Assembly: GCA_024679065.1 (NCBI GenBank)
Contig: JAGIQG010000026.1
Location: 22,940,001-23,004,000 of the forward strand
Direction of reading: 5' to 3'
DNA length: 64,000 bases
Source: Sphyrna mokarran
Taxonomy: Eukaryota
Notes under the pieces: generated by a model
Seen by the model: only the letters and a program-made list of their open reading frames with translations
Database searches by the model: none
What the model was told of the DNA's origin: nothing
Position numbers and translations under genes: made by a program
Part shown: one piece after another, positions 25,501-37,425 of the stretch
Position numbering within the stretch: position 1 is the first letter of the stretch
Layout of the letters: each line of letters begins with the position of its first letter

Positions 25501-27753
25501 GACTGTGAGTCTTTTACCTCTGGGTTACTGACATTCTCTACAATCTGGTTAATACAGCTGGGCAGGACAGAGTGATATGAGTATGCCGGACCGGTGTTAA
25601 AAAATGGTGCTGGGACCATTAAACTTGTCAGCTGAAGGTGGGCAGATGAATCTGTTGCCAGCCCACAAGGTGGTTCAGAGAGGAACTGTCTATGCATAAT
25701 TCATGAAATTCCTAACATAGAATCTGGCATGGTATCAAACCATTCTGATCAGCAGGAAAGATGCTGTCAGAATTGCCCATCACCACACTTAATTCAGCCC
25801 ACTGTGTATTCCTACCATTTACTGCTATGAGTTCATCATCAATATTAACTGTTTACAGAGAGCATCAGCTCAAATCTAAGCGTGCGTGGAGGGGCGAACT
25901 TAACTTCATCCCGCCAGCCCCCACCCAGGAACAAGGTGGGATGTGTTGAGTTGCAGAATCAAGAGGGAAAGCAGGATAATGTTGTGTCCATCACCTTCCC
26001 AACTATCCCCAATTAAGGTAGATTGCAGGAAGATTGAGGATGGCTTTCCACCCAGAGGTAAACTGTGGCCAATTGAGTCATGTGTAAGAAAAAAAGCACA
26101 CTTGAAGAGAGAGGCTAGATATTCCTCCTTGCATTCAAGGTTCAGTCTCTTTATTAAATGATCAGATGGTCTTTTTTACAGCAATAGACTCATATTATTC
26201 TACATCTCGATTTGTATAATAGTTAAGGATGCAATAATGAATTATCCTCATGACCTGGATCGCATATGCACGCACACAGCAAGTTAACATTGGATAAAGC
26301 AAGATCTGATTTGAATCATTAAGCTGCCTTTATAAACAATAAAGTGACAGCGCAAAGCAATAGGTGCAATCAGATTCACTTTGTCCAATTGATAGAACTA
26401 ATCTCCACATAATAACGTAAAAATAATGAACATGCTTTGCTACACCACTTCAGTCAGTTGTCTTGCGTGACTTAAACAGAGAATTCCCCTGCAATCTAAT
26501 TTTTTGAGCTCGTCTTTTTCTGGGGGCTTTCTGCCTCATTAGCTTCTCTACTGACAAAGCTCAACTGCTGTTTAGGTGTCTGACATTCTGCTTTCTTCCT
26601 AGTCACTCAGCCAGAAGAAGTTCAGAAACTTTCTGCAACAATAGATGTAAGGTGCTTTACTTATTATTTATAGCCTATGAAGAAATAACTTCAAAGCTAC
26701 TACTCTGGGTACCACCTAAGACACCCCATTTTTAGAATACGTACTATGCTTTTGAAACATAACTTCTGAAGTAATTCAGTGATAAAATGATCAAAGGATC
26801 CCAAACTGTAACAATAAAGGAGCAATAAAGATTTATCAATCATGGAGTGAACTCTCATCTTCTCCAGAATTGTCGTTGAAAATATATATCAATACTTACA
26901 ATGAAAATAAACTCTGTATTGATTAATCAACTTATCTTCAGTTTGTTCTCTGTTGTGTTTTCTATGTAAGCAAACACAGGGAACTAGACCAGTCAGCGTT
27001 CTTACTTGGGTAGTTTGATATCACAGGCAGATTACAACAATAAATTGATCTAATTGGCTAAGAAAGTGGGCATTAACATGTGATAAAAGGGTATATTGCT
27101 AAACTAGGCTTGATAGATTCAAAGTGTGTTATTAAACAGCCTTTTATGGTTGGCACTTGCTAATGTCCTACCAATCCAGTAACAATTATGTTCCAGTATA
27201 GCTTATGCTTGATTAGGACCTTGGCTCTTGCTTATTGCTCTAATTAACTCTCTGGGCATGAGCAGTATTTTACCCATAGAGTATTATTCCACCTGTGGAA
27301 CCTCTGTGGAACTTCTGGAGAGGCAGGCAGAGGCATAATCTAGCTGCCAAGTATCAGTACACATCATTTATGTTGCCATCCCCAGATAGCTGCATCCTGG
27401 TCAATCACCCCTTTGGTGTTGTGGCCTCTGTTGTTGACTGGCAAGAGCCCTCCTTTTTCACAACTTATCCCCTACTCCTGAGGTTGAAGGAGTATTGAAT
27501 ATATGAGAGCTATTGATATTCCAGCAATTAAACTGTTTGAATAAGGCAGACACTGACATGCACACGTGTCACCATGAGTTCCATCCATTGCACTGATGAG
27601 CAGTGAGATTTTCAACTCCTTCCACCATCCATAATCAAATCTTCACTCACCACATATCAGGCTCCTCATACTTCAAACTTCAATTCTGGAATCACACATG
27701 CTTGTGGCCATTGTAACATTTTCGATAGAAGCTATTATCTCCATCTTTTTCCT

Positions 27754-27754
<1 letters not shown>

Positions 27755-27822
<68 letters not shown>
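27755..27822. repeat. Perfect (AC)34 microsatellite
   Basis: Uninterrupted AC dinucleotide run of 68 bp. Confidence 0.98.
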
Positions 27823-27825
<3 letters not shown>

Positions 27826-28175
27826 AACCATCCATGCACTACTGACTTCATCCTGAAGGTACTACTAAATTACAAAAAGTGTTAATAATAAGATTCATGG
27901 TATGCAAAATTATTACAAGTGGGAACATAGAAGTAGTGTGAGGTCTGACCCACCATTGCCACATTGTTCAATCTCTGCACTTTAACCTGCCACAAGGGAA
28001 CTAAAAGCTTGGTTCCCGCCTAGTTAAATCATCCCGCCTATCACATTATCCACTCTTATGGGCCTCATAAGGTGTTCCACTCTGTCTTCAAATCTACTAT
28101 TAGAATCTCCTGGTACATTTACTATCACACAAAATGTAGCTCTTTGTCTCAGCCAGCTAATTATAGTATTTGAAC

Positions 28176-28248
28176 AAGTTTGAAATTTATTAGTCGCAAG
28201 TAAGGCTTACATTAGCACAACAGTGAAGTTACTGAGAAACGTTCGGGT
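28176..28248 (-). mobile_element. Tail-B V-SINE 3' fragment
   Basis: TTTATTAGTCGCAAGTAAGGCTTACATTAGCACAACAGTGAAGTTACTG is the reverse complement of tail B. Confidence 0.75.
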
Positions 28249-28889
28249 CTGCCAAGTGAAATGGTGGAGGCAGGTACTCTGGAGTTATTTAAGGAATACT
28301 TAGATGGGCACATGAACAGAATGGGAATGGAGGGGTATAGAAAACTGATTTAAAATAGGGATCATGAGCCTTGGGAGTCCCTGGGAAGTGTGTAAATAGA
28401 TGATGATATTGATGTACTTGTTTTTATCCTACAGGTGCTTTGATCCACCTTGTTGTCTAACGAGGGGCATACACGCGATGGGTCGTGAGAGGGCTGCTCT
28501 TGGATTTTTTTCGAGAGTATCCTAGTGCTTCACGTCGTTAGTGTACGCTTGACCTGGACCATTTGATGGGCAACACGACAGCTCAGTGACTATCGCTGTG
28601 CTGTGCAGATACATGGATTTGGGCCTGTGTCTGTGGGAGTTTGCGCATTCTCCCCGTGCTTGCGTGGGTTTTCTCCGGGTGCTCCGGTTTCCTCCCACAT
28701 CCCAAAGATGTGCTCTTAGGCTAATTGGCAAAACAAATTCTCCCTAAATTGTCTCAAATTTGGTTTTTAATCCATAGATCTATAAACATGGACAGGGATC
28801 GCGGGTAGAGGTGGGAATATCGGGGTGGCGGCGCAGGGTCTTTGGGCCGAAGGGCCTGTTTCCCGTGCTGTTTTGTTCTTTGTTCTTTG
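28249..28889 (+). mobile_element. Chimeric CR1 3' end containing a V-SINE core
   Basis: CR1 ORF2 C-terminus (LPSEMVEAGTLELFKEYLDGHMNRMGMEGY), unassigned CpG-rich segment, V core GGGTTTTCTCCGGGTGCTCCGGTTTCCTCCCACA, CR1 terminus GGGCCGAAGGGCCTGTT...GTTCTTTGTTCTTTG. Confidence 0.7.
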
Positions 28890-29214
28890 TTAATAGCAGC
28901 TAGCGTTATCAACATTAAACCAAGTGAAAAGCTTGTGGGTGTTTGGGACACCAGATCAACAGCATGTGAGACAATGACAGCGACATGCCAGCATAAGGTG
29001 AGGATAGATAACTAGTCACAAAAGTTGAGAAGCCTGCTTCTCTGAAAGTCCCCAAATGCAGGCAATAGATACAAAGTGATTACAACGCAGAGTTTTCAAA
29101 GCTGTCAAACGAGAACTGACAATCTGAAGAATACAATGTTAAGCATGTCAAATGCAAAGAGCAATTCCAAATTATTTGCTTCAACTCTCATCAACTGGAT
29201 ACATATATTACTTT

Positions 29215-29510
29215 AAAGTTTATTTATTAGTGTCACAAGTAGATTTGCATTAACGCTGAAATGAAGTTACTTGAAAATTCCCCACTCTGGTGTCCATTCG
29301 GATACACTAGGGCAAAATTTAGTTTCGCCAATGCATCTAACCAGTATGTCTTTCGGTCTGCAGGAGGAAACTGCAGCACTAAGAGGAAATCCACGCAGAC
29401 ACGGGGAGAGCATGCACACTCCGCACAGACAGTGACCCAAGCCAGAAATTGAACCTAGGTCCCTGGCACCGTGAGACAGCAGCGCTCACCATTATGCCAT
29501 CATGCTGCCC
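29215..29510 (-). mobile_element. Full-length tail-B V-SINE
   Basis: AAAGTTTATTTATTAGTGTCACAAGT tail, GAGGAAATCCACGCAGACACGGGGAG core and tRNA head, read on +. Confidence 0.88.
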
Positions 29511-30074
29511 CGGATTCAACAGTCAAAGCCAGCAGAATTGATCAAACTGCCATGTGGACATGCAAACATGCCAGAGAAGGAAAGGATGCTATTTGGTTAA
29601 CTGATACATCAACAACTGTTGCTACCCAAGCTAACTGAAGTATTCTAGTTGTGAGTTACTTAATTTATTCACAGTAAGCCACACACTCAAGATTCTGCAT
29701 CAAATAGATCAATATTTGCAGATATCTTTTTGCAAGAATGCTAATGAAATCCAACAGCAGGTACGAGACTGAAGATTTGATTAATATTGACCACTATGCT
29801 GTGCCAGCTCCGTGTTCCTTTGTTGGCTGGTATCACTATTTTAAGTTCAGGGATTATCATGTTCCTATCATCATTCCTTGGGATACCAGCTAGGAATATA
29901 GGGATTCTTCATATTTTGAAGAATTAAAAACCAGTTTATAATGGAATAGTTATTATAGTCAAATCAGTTTCAAAAATACACAACTATTTTCTCAAATTTA
30001 AGAAGTTTTAATGCAAAATATTACTTTGCAATAAAATTACATTGAACAGAAGATTTTTTTTAAAGTTGTATTTT

Positions 30075-32790
30075 ATCTCTCTTTCTCCCATCTGCCAGCC
30101 CCACTCAGATCCAAGATGACACTGCAGCTTCCTCATCCATCAATCGAATTCAGACCATTCAAATACTAACCCCATTCTGTTCCAAAGCTACTATGAGATC
30201 TTAGTGCTAAAACTCCAGCCTTCATTTTTCTGGCTCTATTCTTATCTAATCATTCTTAACCAGAGAATCACCTGCATTGACTTCCCTTGCAAGGAGTCTC
30301 CCAACATCAGGTTAAAGTCCAACAGATTTACTTGGTAGCACAAGCCACAAGCTTTCAGAGCATTACCCCTTCATGAGGTGAGTGGGATTTCTGTTCTCAA
30401 ACACAGAATACACAAACTCAATGTACAAAATAATAATTGGAAAGCGAGTCTTTACAGGTAATCAAGTCTTAAAGTTACAGACAATAGGAGCGGAGAGAGG
30501 GTTAAACACAGGTTAAAGAGACGTGTATTGTCTCCAGCCAGCACAGTTAATGAGATTTTGCAAGCCCTGGCAAGTTGTGGGGGTTACAGATAGTGTGACA
30601 TGAACGCAACATCCTGGTTGAGGCTGTCCTCATATGTGTGGAACTTGGCCAAGAGTCTCTACCCAGCGACTGTGTTATCATGTGTCATGAAGGCCGCACT
30701 GAAGAACACTTACCCAAAGATCAGAAGTCAAATGCCCCTGACCGCTGAAGTGTTCCCCTGAAGTGAAGAGAACACTTGCCTGGTGATTGTCGAATAGTAT
30801 TCATTCATCCATTGTCATAGCGTCTGTATGGTCTCCCCAATGTACCACTTGGACATCCTTTCCTGTAGCGTATAAGATAGACAACGCTGGTTTAGTTGCA
30901 AGTGTATGTACCACGTACCTGGTGAATGGTATTCACTCGGGAGATGATGGCATCCATGTCAATGATCCAACACACCTTGCAGAGGTTGCTATGGCAGTAT
31001 TGTGTGGTGTTGTGGTCACTGTTCTCCTGAAGACTGGATAGTTTGCTGTGGACAATGGTCTGTTTGAGGTTGTGCAGTTGTTCGAAGGCAAGAAGTGGGG
31101 TTGTGAGGTTGGCCTTGGCGAGATGTTCGTCTTCATCAATGACATGTTGAAGGCTCCAGAGAAGGAAAGGATGTCCTGAGACATGGTACACTGGGGAGAC
31201 CATTCAGATGTTACTAGAACAAATGAATGAACATTGCTCAATAATCACCAGGGAAGAACGTTTTCTTCCTGTTGGGGAACACTTCAGCGGTCACAGGCAT
31301 TTGGCCTCTGATTTCGGGTAAGCATTCTTCAAGATGGTCTCATGACACACAACAGCGCAGAGTCGCTGAGCAGAGACTGATAGCCAAGTTCTGCACACAT
31401 GAGGACGGCCTCAACCAGGATCTTGGGTTCATGTCACATTATCTGTAACCCCCACCACTTGCCAGGGCTTGCAAAATCTCACTGACTGTCCTGGCTGAAG
31501 ACAATACACATCTCTTTAACATGTGCTTAACCCTCTCTCCACCCCCATTGTCTGTACCCTTAAGACTTGATTGCCTGTAAAGACTCGCATTCCAATCATT
31601 ATCTTGTAAATTGAGTTTGTGTCTTGATATACCCTTTTATGAAGAGAACTCCCACTCATCTGATGATAGGGCAGCACTCCAAAAGCTTGTGGGTTGTGCT
31701 ACCAAGTAAACCTGTTGGACTTTAACCTGGTGTTGTGAGACTTCTTGCTGTGCTTACCCCAGTCCAATGCTGGCATCTCCACATCTGAATTCCTTTCCCA
31801 CTCCTGCATAATCCACTGAGTTTTCTCTGGTGTCCCCTGGAGATCTATGCTTACCTGCCTCATATTTCTTACCTGAATACTGCCCCTCAAAGAAACATAT
31901 CAGGTTCAACATGTACACTGGAGACACCCCAACCCTACCTTCCAACAATCTCTCTTGACCCCCTCCACTATCTTTAAATTATCAAACTGCTTCTCTAACA
32001 TCCAATATTGAATAAGTAGAAATTCCTTTCAATTGAACATTGGGAAGACAAAAGACATTGACTTTTGTCCCCATCACAAAGACCATGCCTCTTCTTGGAA
32101 CTGCACAGTCCTAAACCAGACTGTTTTTGATCTTGGTGTTGTATTTTACCCTGAAATGAGGTTCTGATCACAAGGTCCACAGCTACTTCGATTCAGTGCT
32201 GCTCAAACCTTCATCCATATCTCTGTTATCTCTTGGTTTGATGATTTCAACAAACTTCTGGCCAGCCTTACACCTTCCAACCCCATAATCTCTTGGTCTT
32301 CCAAATCTCTGCAAATGCAAACTTGGACCAAGCTGCATTTACTCATCAGCCTTATGCTTGTTAATCTATATTGGTGCTCAGTTAAGTAACTCTTCCATCC
32401 TTGCTTTCAAATCTTTGCTTTCAAATCTCCATAAGACCTCACCCTTCTCTACCTCTGCTACCTCCACCAGCCCAACAATCCTACTAGTCCAACTCCTGGG
32501 TCTTATGCATTCCAAATTTGAACTGCCACACCACTGACAACTGTGCCTTCAGTTACTAATGTCCTAAGCTCAGGAATTCACATCCTAAACATCTCTACTT
32601 CTCTCTTTCTTCCTTAAAGACACTATTTGAAATAGGACCTTTTTTCTAAACTATTAGTTGCTCAGATAACACCTCCTTGGATGACTTGGTGTCAAAATTT
32701 GATTGAAAATACTCCCATGAAGCCCCTTGGGGTGATTTTGCTACATTCAAGATGTTATATAAGTGCAAGAAGTTGTTGTTCACTAAAACG
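30075..32790 (+). mobile_element. Decayed L2 LINE interrupted by the Penelope insertion at 30302-31785
   Basis: TCTTATCTAATC (SYLS-like) before the insertion; CAATTGAACATTGGGAAGAC, CTTGGTGTTGTATTT and AAACCTTCATCCAT after it; L2-like end GTTATATAAGTGCAAG...GTTGTTGTT. Confidence 0.7.
30302..31785. mobile_element. Penelope-like element: two 5'-truncated copies in inverted orientation (GIY-YIG region plus pLTR)
   Basis: Minus arm encodes CHSNLCKVC and VVYLIR...WYIGET (GIY-YIG); 30302-30864 is the reverse complement of 31163-31735; plus arm ends GGCATCTCCACATC; decayed hammerhead cores in both pLTRs. Confidence 0.9.
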
Positions 32791-34901
32791 CAGATGTGAA
32801 TATAATTGTTTTCATGACTACCTAACTACTAAAAGATGCGATGATAAGCAGAATCCGAACCACCCCTCCCTGCCAGCCCTCCTAGCGTGTAGCGGTATAA
32901 GTTTGATCAAGCAAAGGGACGGATCAGTGTTCTACAATAAATCATAAATTTCGTTAAATCTGTTCAAAACTTGCCAATGGAAACAGTGTTTGCAGATAAC
33001 TGGTACTGTAGTCTTACTTCATTTTCTATCTGCCTGAATTGTTTCTGAGGCAAAACTAATTCTCGCTATCCTCATGGCTTCCTGTGCCTAGGATCTGCAA
33101 TATTACTTCTGACGAGACACATCGATACAGCTGAAACATGATCGATATGTTCTGAATCAGTAACTTGATCTAGTACACCCAGTACCTGATGTAAAGCCAG
33201 CAGCTGCTCCTATCATTTACTGTAGCAAAGCCATGTGATTTCTTGTTCAACAATCTACAGTACTTGTCAATTTCATAAACACAAAATAAGCTGAGTGGAG
33301 ATCTAGACAAAGGACCTAAGAAAATAATGGCTGGAGATAATGGAATTTAAAAAACATTGATGAGCATGAATCCAGTATAGAAAACGAAAGGGAAGACAGG
33401 GGCTGAGTTTAACTATTGCTGTTCCGGCATATAGTTCCATTGGAAACCATTAAGTATGAGAAGAACATTGCACCAATGCATTAAGCGATAATGTCAACAT
33501 CACAAATAATCAATTCAGCTAATGCCTCTTCCAGCATACCTGGAAAAGTTGGATATTCTTGTAATTTACACATTACTTAAATCATTCACAGCTTCTCCCT
33601 GTTAAGTAAGCTACAATTTCCCACGATTTGTCCAAAAAGAAATCAATAGACCAGAGACTGCTGTCAGATTAACAGTAAAACTAATGGTACTCATCATTAT
33701 TCCTGTAAAAATGCTACAGCCACTTCAGATAAGGGGCGGATGCATGGATAAACTCAAATTTCCAAACTGCTTCATGCAAATACCATCTTACTTTCTACCT
33801 TATCATTAAGATTAGTCAAATGGTTGAAGTCACTGTATTTGCACAGTAAATACAAGTTGGACCCATGCCAAAAAGTCTCAACCATTTTGTCAACCACTGG
33901 TACAAAATGTAACTATTATAGCTGTGGAGATTCATTCTTCTAAGTTATAATTGTTGTTGGAGATTTTAGAAACATTTGTATACTTTTCTGTTACTTTTAT
34001 TCTTTCATTCCAATTTTTTAAAATTCTCCTTTTGTATCTGATGCGGCACTCAATTCACCCAGTCTCATTTATACCTTCTTTGCTATCCTTGCACTGTTTA
34101 TTTCACAATTCTTCAATCTGATTGGTTCAGGAGACACATAATTCTTTGCCCTGTGAATTCTGATCTCGGTATGCTCCATTTCCCTTGCTGAAACTTTATC
34201 AATTCATATTTTCAGCAACTTGGAATACAAACATTTAAAAACCTGACTATTACAAGCAAGTATAGCTGACAGCAGAACTGGTAAATGCCCTGCTGCAATA
34301 TAATTTGAGTCAATATCTATTAAAATTAATTTCTGTTTAAAGAGCAGTTTTGTCTTTGGTCTTCTACCTTCTGAATATTGAAAAGAATGTTGTGAATGTA
34401 CAGAATATGCCGATAACTTGCATTCTGCTGACAGCTTTCTATTTCTTGTACTCAGAGTTATTTCCAAAGTTCAAACATCCTTTCTATATAAATTCATATC
34501 CTGGCACATACTTGAACAAAGCATGTCTTTTGGACAGCACTTGACATTTTTAAAAATCTTGTGCACCACTGAATTAAACTTAAGTCTCATTTGAAATCAA
34601 ATTCATAAGAGTGAATATTATTATCCCACTACTACTTGCTATTGACAATATGGCCAACTCAAAACTAATATTTGCCATGCACCACTTGTGTAACATTTCA
34701 GATTTTGGAGTGTTGCTCAGTTCTTTTTGCCAAATGAATATATATGTTTTGTAAATGTACTCTTGCCACAATGTTGTACCCCTGCCAACACTTTCATGTT
34801 CTGTTTTTAAGCTGAACACTGATTAACCTTTTCTATCCCTGTTGCAACTCAACCTAATAGCTGAGATGCTGCATTTACATCTGAACTCTCTAACAGATGT
34901 T

Positions 34902-35205
34902 GGCGGCACAGTGGCACACAGTGGATAGCACTGCAGCCTCATAGTACCAGGGACCCGGCTTGATTCCTGGCTTCGCTCAGTGTGTGAAATTTGCACGTTC
35001 TCTCTGTGTCTATGTGGGTTTCCTCTGGGGGCTGCAATTTCCTCCCACAGTCGAAAAATGTGCTCCTTAGGTGCACTGGCCATGCTAAATTTTCCCTCAG
35101 TGTACCTGAACAGGTGCCTAAGTGTAGCAACTAGTGGGGTTTCACAATAACTTCATTGCAATGTTTATGTAAGCCTATTTGTGTCCAATAAATAAACTTT
35201 ACTTT
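34902..35205 (+). mobile_element. Full-length tail-B V-SINE
   Basis: GGCGGCACAGTGGCAC head, GGGTTTCCTC...TTTCCTCCCACAG core, GTAAGCCTATTTGTGTCCAATAAATAAACTTT tail. Confidence 0.9.
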
Positions 35206-36443
35206 ATACTTGTCCAATGAAGTATTGTGTTTAATTGTCTAAATTTACAGATCGAAAACATTCATATTACCCAAATTTGAAACACTGTCAGGAATAGTAT
35301 TTGGGGACTTGATGATCTCAATTACACTGGTTATTCCAAAAGAAAGATCTATGGATTAGCAAAGGCACCATGCAACTCTGACAGTAGTGCCTGCTAACCC
35401 TATAATGGTTTAATAGCAAGGAACAGGATGGCCAGAATTAGATCCAAGGTGCCTGGTAGGGTTTTTGTTGATTTCAGTAGTTCAGTGGTACTTCCAGTGA
35501 ACTATCTGCAGTTGTGGATCAAGTCCCAAGATGGCCTGTCACTCCAATCCATTGCTTGAGTAGAGAATTACTTTTGTCATTTCTCACCAAATGCACCAAA
35601 GTGAAAGCTTATGGCAGGATCCCTTAACGAAGAAGTTAAAGTTGGCTCCCCACACTGTGAGCATTGAGGATTCCAGAGACAAGGCTATCCTTGCTTCCAA
35701 GCTGTGGGAGGCTGCAGGGAAATGAGCTGATCCTGCAAAGGAAGTATTAAAAATAAAGAGTGAAGGAATTTAGGATTAGAATAAAGTAAAACTAAAATGT
35801 ATGCTCAACTCCAGAACCTGCCAGATAATTCATATTTGTCTGAGTCAAAATATTTAACTTTCTTTGAGGAATTGCAGGTGCAGATTAACACTTCTTATTC
35901 TAGGACTGTATCCAATCAATTGCTCCAGCAAAAATACAGTTTCATTTGCCAATGCAATTCAACTCCTTTGTAGGCATTCCTCAGTCTGGAGATTAACTAT
36001 TATCCTGTAGCTGGCATGTTGGAACCAGCTATGCAATATTTGTGATATTCATTTAAATGGAGACCCAATCACACAAAGGGAATTTCACTAAATTAACAAG
36101 CTTGAAATTAAAGATGATTCAAAACTGCAACTCCTGTAATAAAAGTATCTCTTGAAGATGGGAGTGCTAAATTGCCTCCATTGGACCACAGTATAAAGAA
36201 TAAGCTATTCTATTAATGCTTATTTTTTTGTATGGGGAAATATAATAAATTAACTATCATGAATTTATTTCATACTGTTTTAAATGAAAGTGAAAACTAT
36301 ATTCAACTATTGTTTTGCAAACTAATGTAATAACAAATCAAAGTGTTTCTATCTCAAAGAAAGAGCTGAAGAATGCAGAAAATAGTATTGAAGAAAGACA
36401 CACTATTTCCTTTAGAATTTTCTAAATTAAATAGAGAAATGTA

Positions 36444-36551
36444 GGGCAGGTTTTAGGACAGCCACACTCATCCGGAAACTGTAAAATCCCGCCCAAGGTC
36501 AATGAACCTTCCCATGTTCCACCCTTCACCAGCTCCAGTAAAATTCCAGCC
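36444..36551. mobile_element. Short MITE
   Basis: GGGCAGGTTTTA ... TAAAATTCCAGCC termini; internal AAAATCCCGCCC. Confidence 0.5.
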
Positions 36552-37107
36552 ATTAAATTCTGCAGAGGCAAATGCCTTAACAAGGTAAAATTAACCTGTT
36601 TTATTCTTAATCTTTGACAATTCCAAGTTTTGTTTCTAAATATTTCTCTACATCTAAGTAAATATTTTACTTATTTTAGTTTGTCTATAAGCTGCATTTT
36701 CATATTCCCCTTGCCAAGGTAGTTCTAAATACAGTATTAATGCATGTTCAGTGCAGAGGTAACTACTGTTGGATAATTGCTAACTTGGAACATACATCAT
36801 CTGCAAGGATGGCCTACTTAAAAAGGTACAATTACTGAATCGCGAGGATGAAGTCACCTGATTGTAACGGTTGTGAAATCACTGAAAGAGAAAATGAGAT
36901 TAAAAAATACTTTAATCATCTGACTGCTGTACACATGAGGCACTCAACACACACTGACTCTATGGTGGCACTGAAAACTCAGAGCTCTAGCCATCTCAAT
37001 GTCAATACAGCTAATGTTTTGGAACCACACAGAATGTCAAAGGATTGGCTGTAAGTTTTTCCAAAATTTTTATTTTACTTGTAGGCTTTTAGAAAAACAT
37101 GGTTCGT

Positions 37108-37425
37108 AGTCATCATGTGGTGCAGTAGGAAGTGTCCCTGTCTCTAAGCCAGAAGTTTTGGGCTCAAGTCGCACCTCAGGAACTGATGGCCAAGGAAGGT
37201 ACGTTCATAACGTGGTCAAACAGGTTGAACATGTCAACTTATAAATCCTTTCAAAGATGGTTGGCAATAAGAACAGGAGAAACTTCCGGTCAGCCACACT
37301 TTTTGTGTAGTGGTACCCCTCAAGCTATAAGCCCCCATGGTGACAGACTAACCATCTGTTCCAGGAATTACTAGCTACAGAAGAGATAAAAGTCTGTCTT
37401 AAGGCACCACTCGATGTAGAAAGAG
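37108..37425 (+). mobile_element. tRNA-derived SINE (family of 22432-22575)
   Basis: GTGGTGCAGTAGG...CTCTAAGCCAGAAG...GGCTCAAGTC...GGAAGGTACGTTCATAAC shared with the 22432 copy. Confidence 0.65.
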
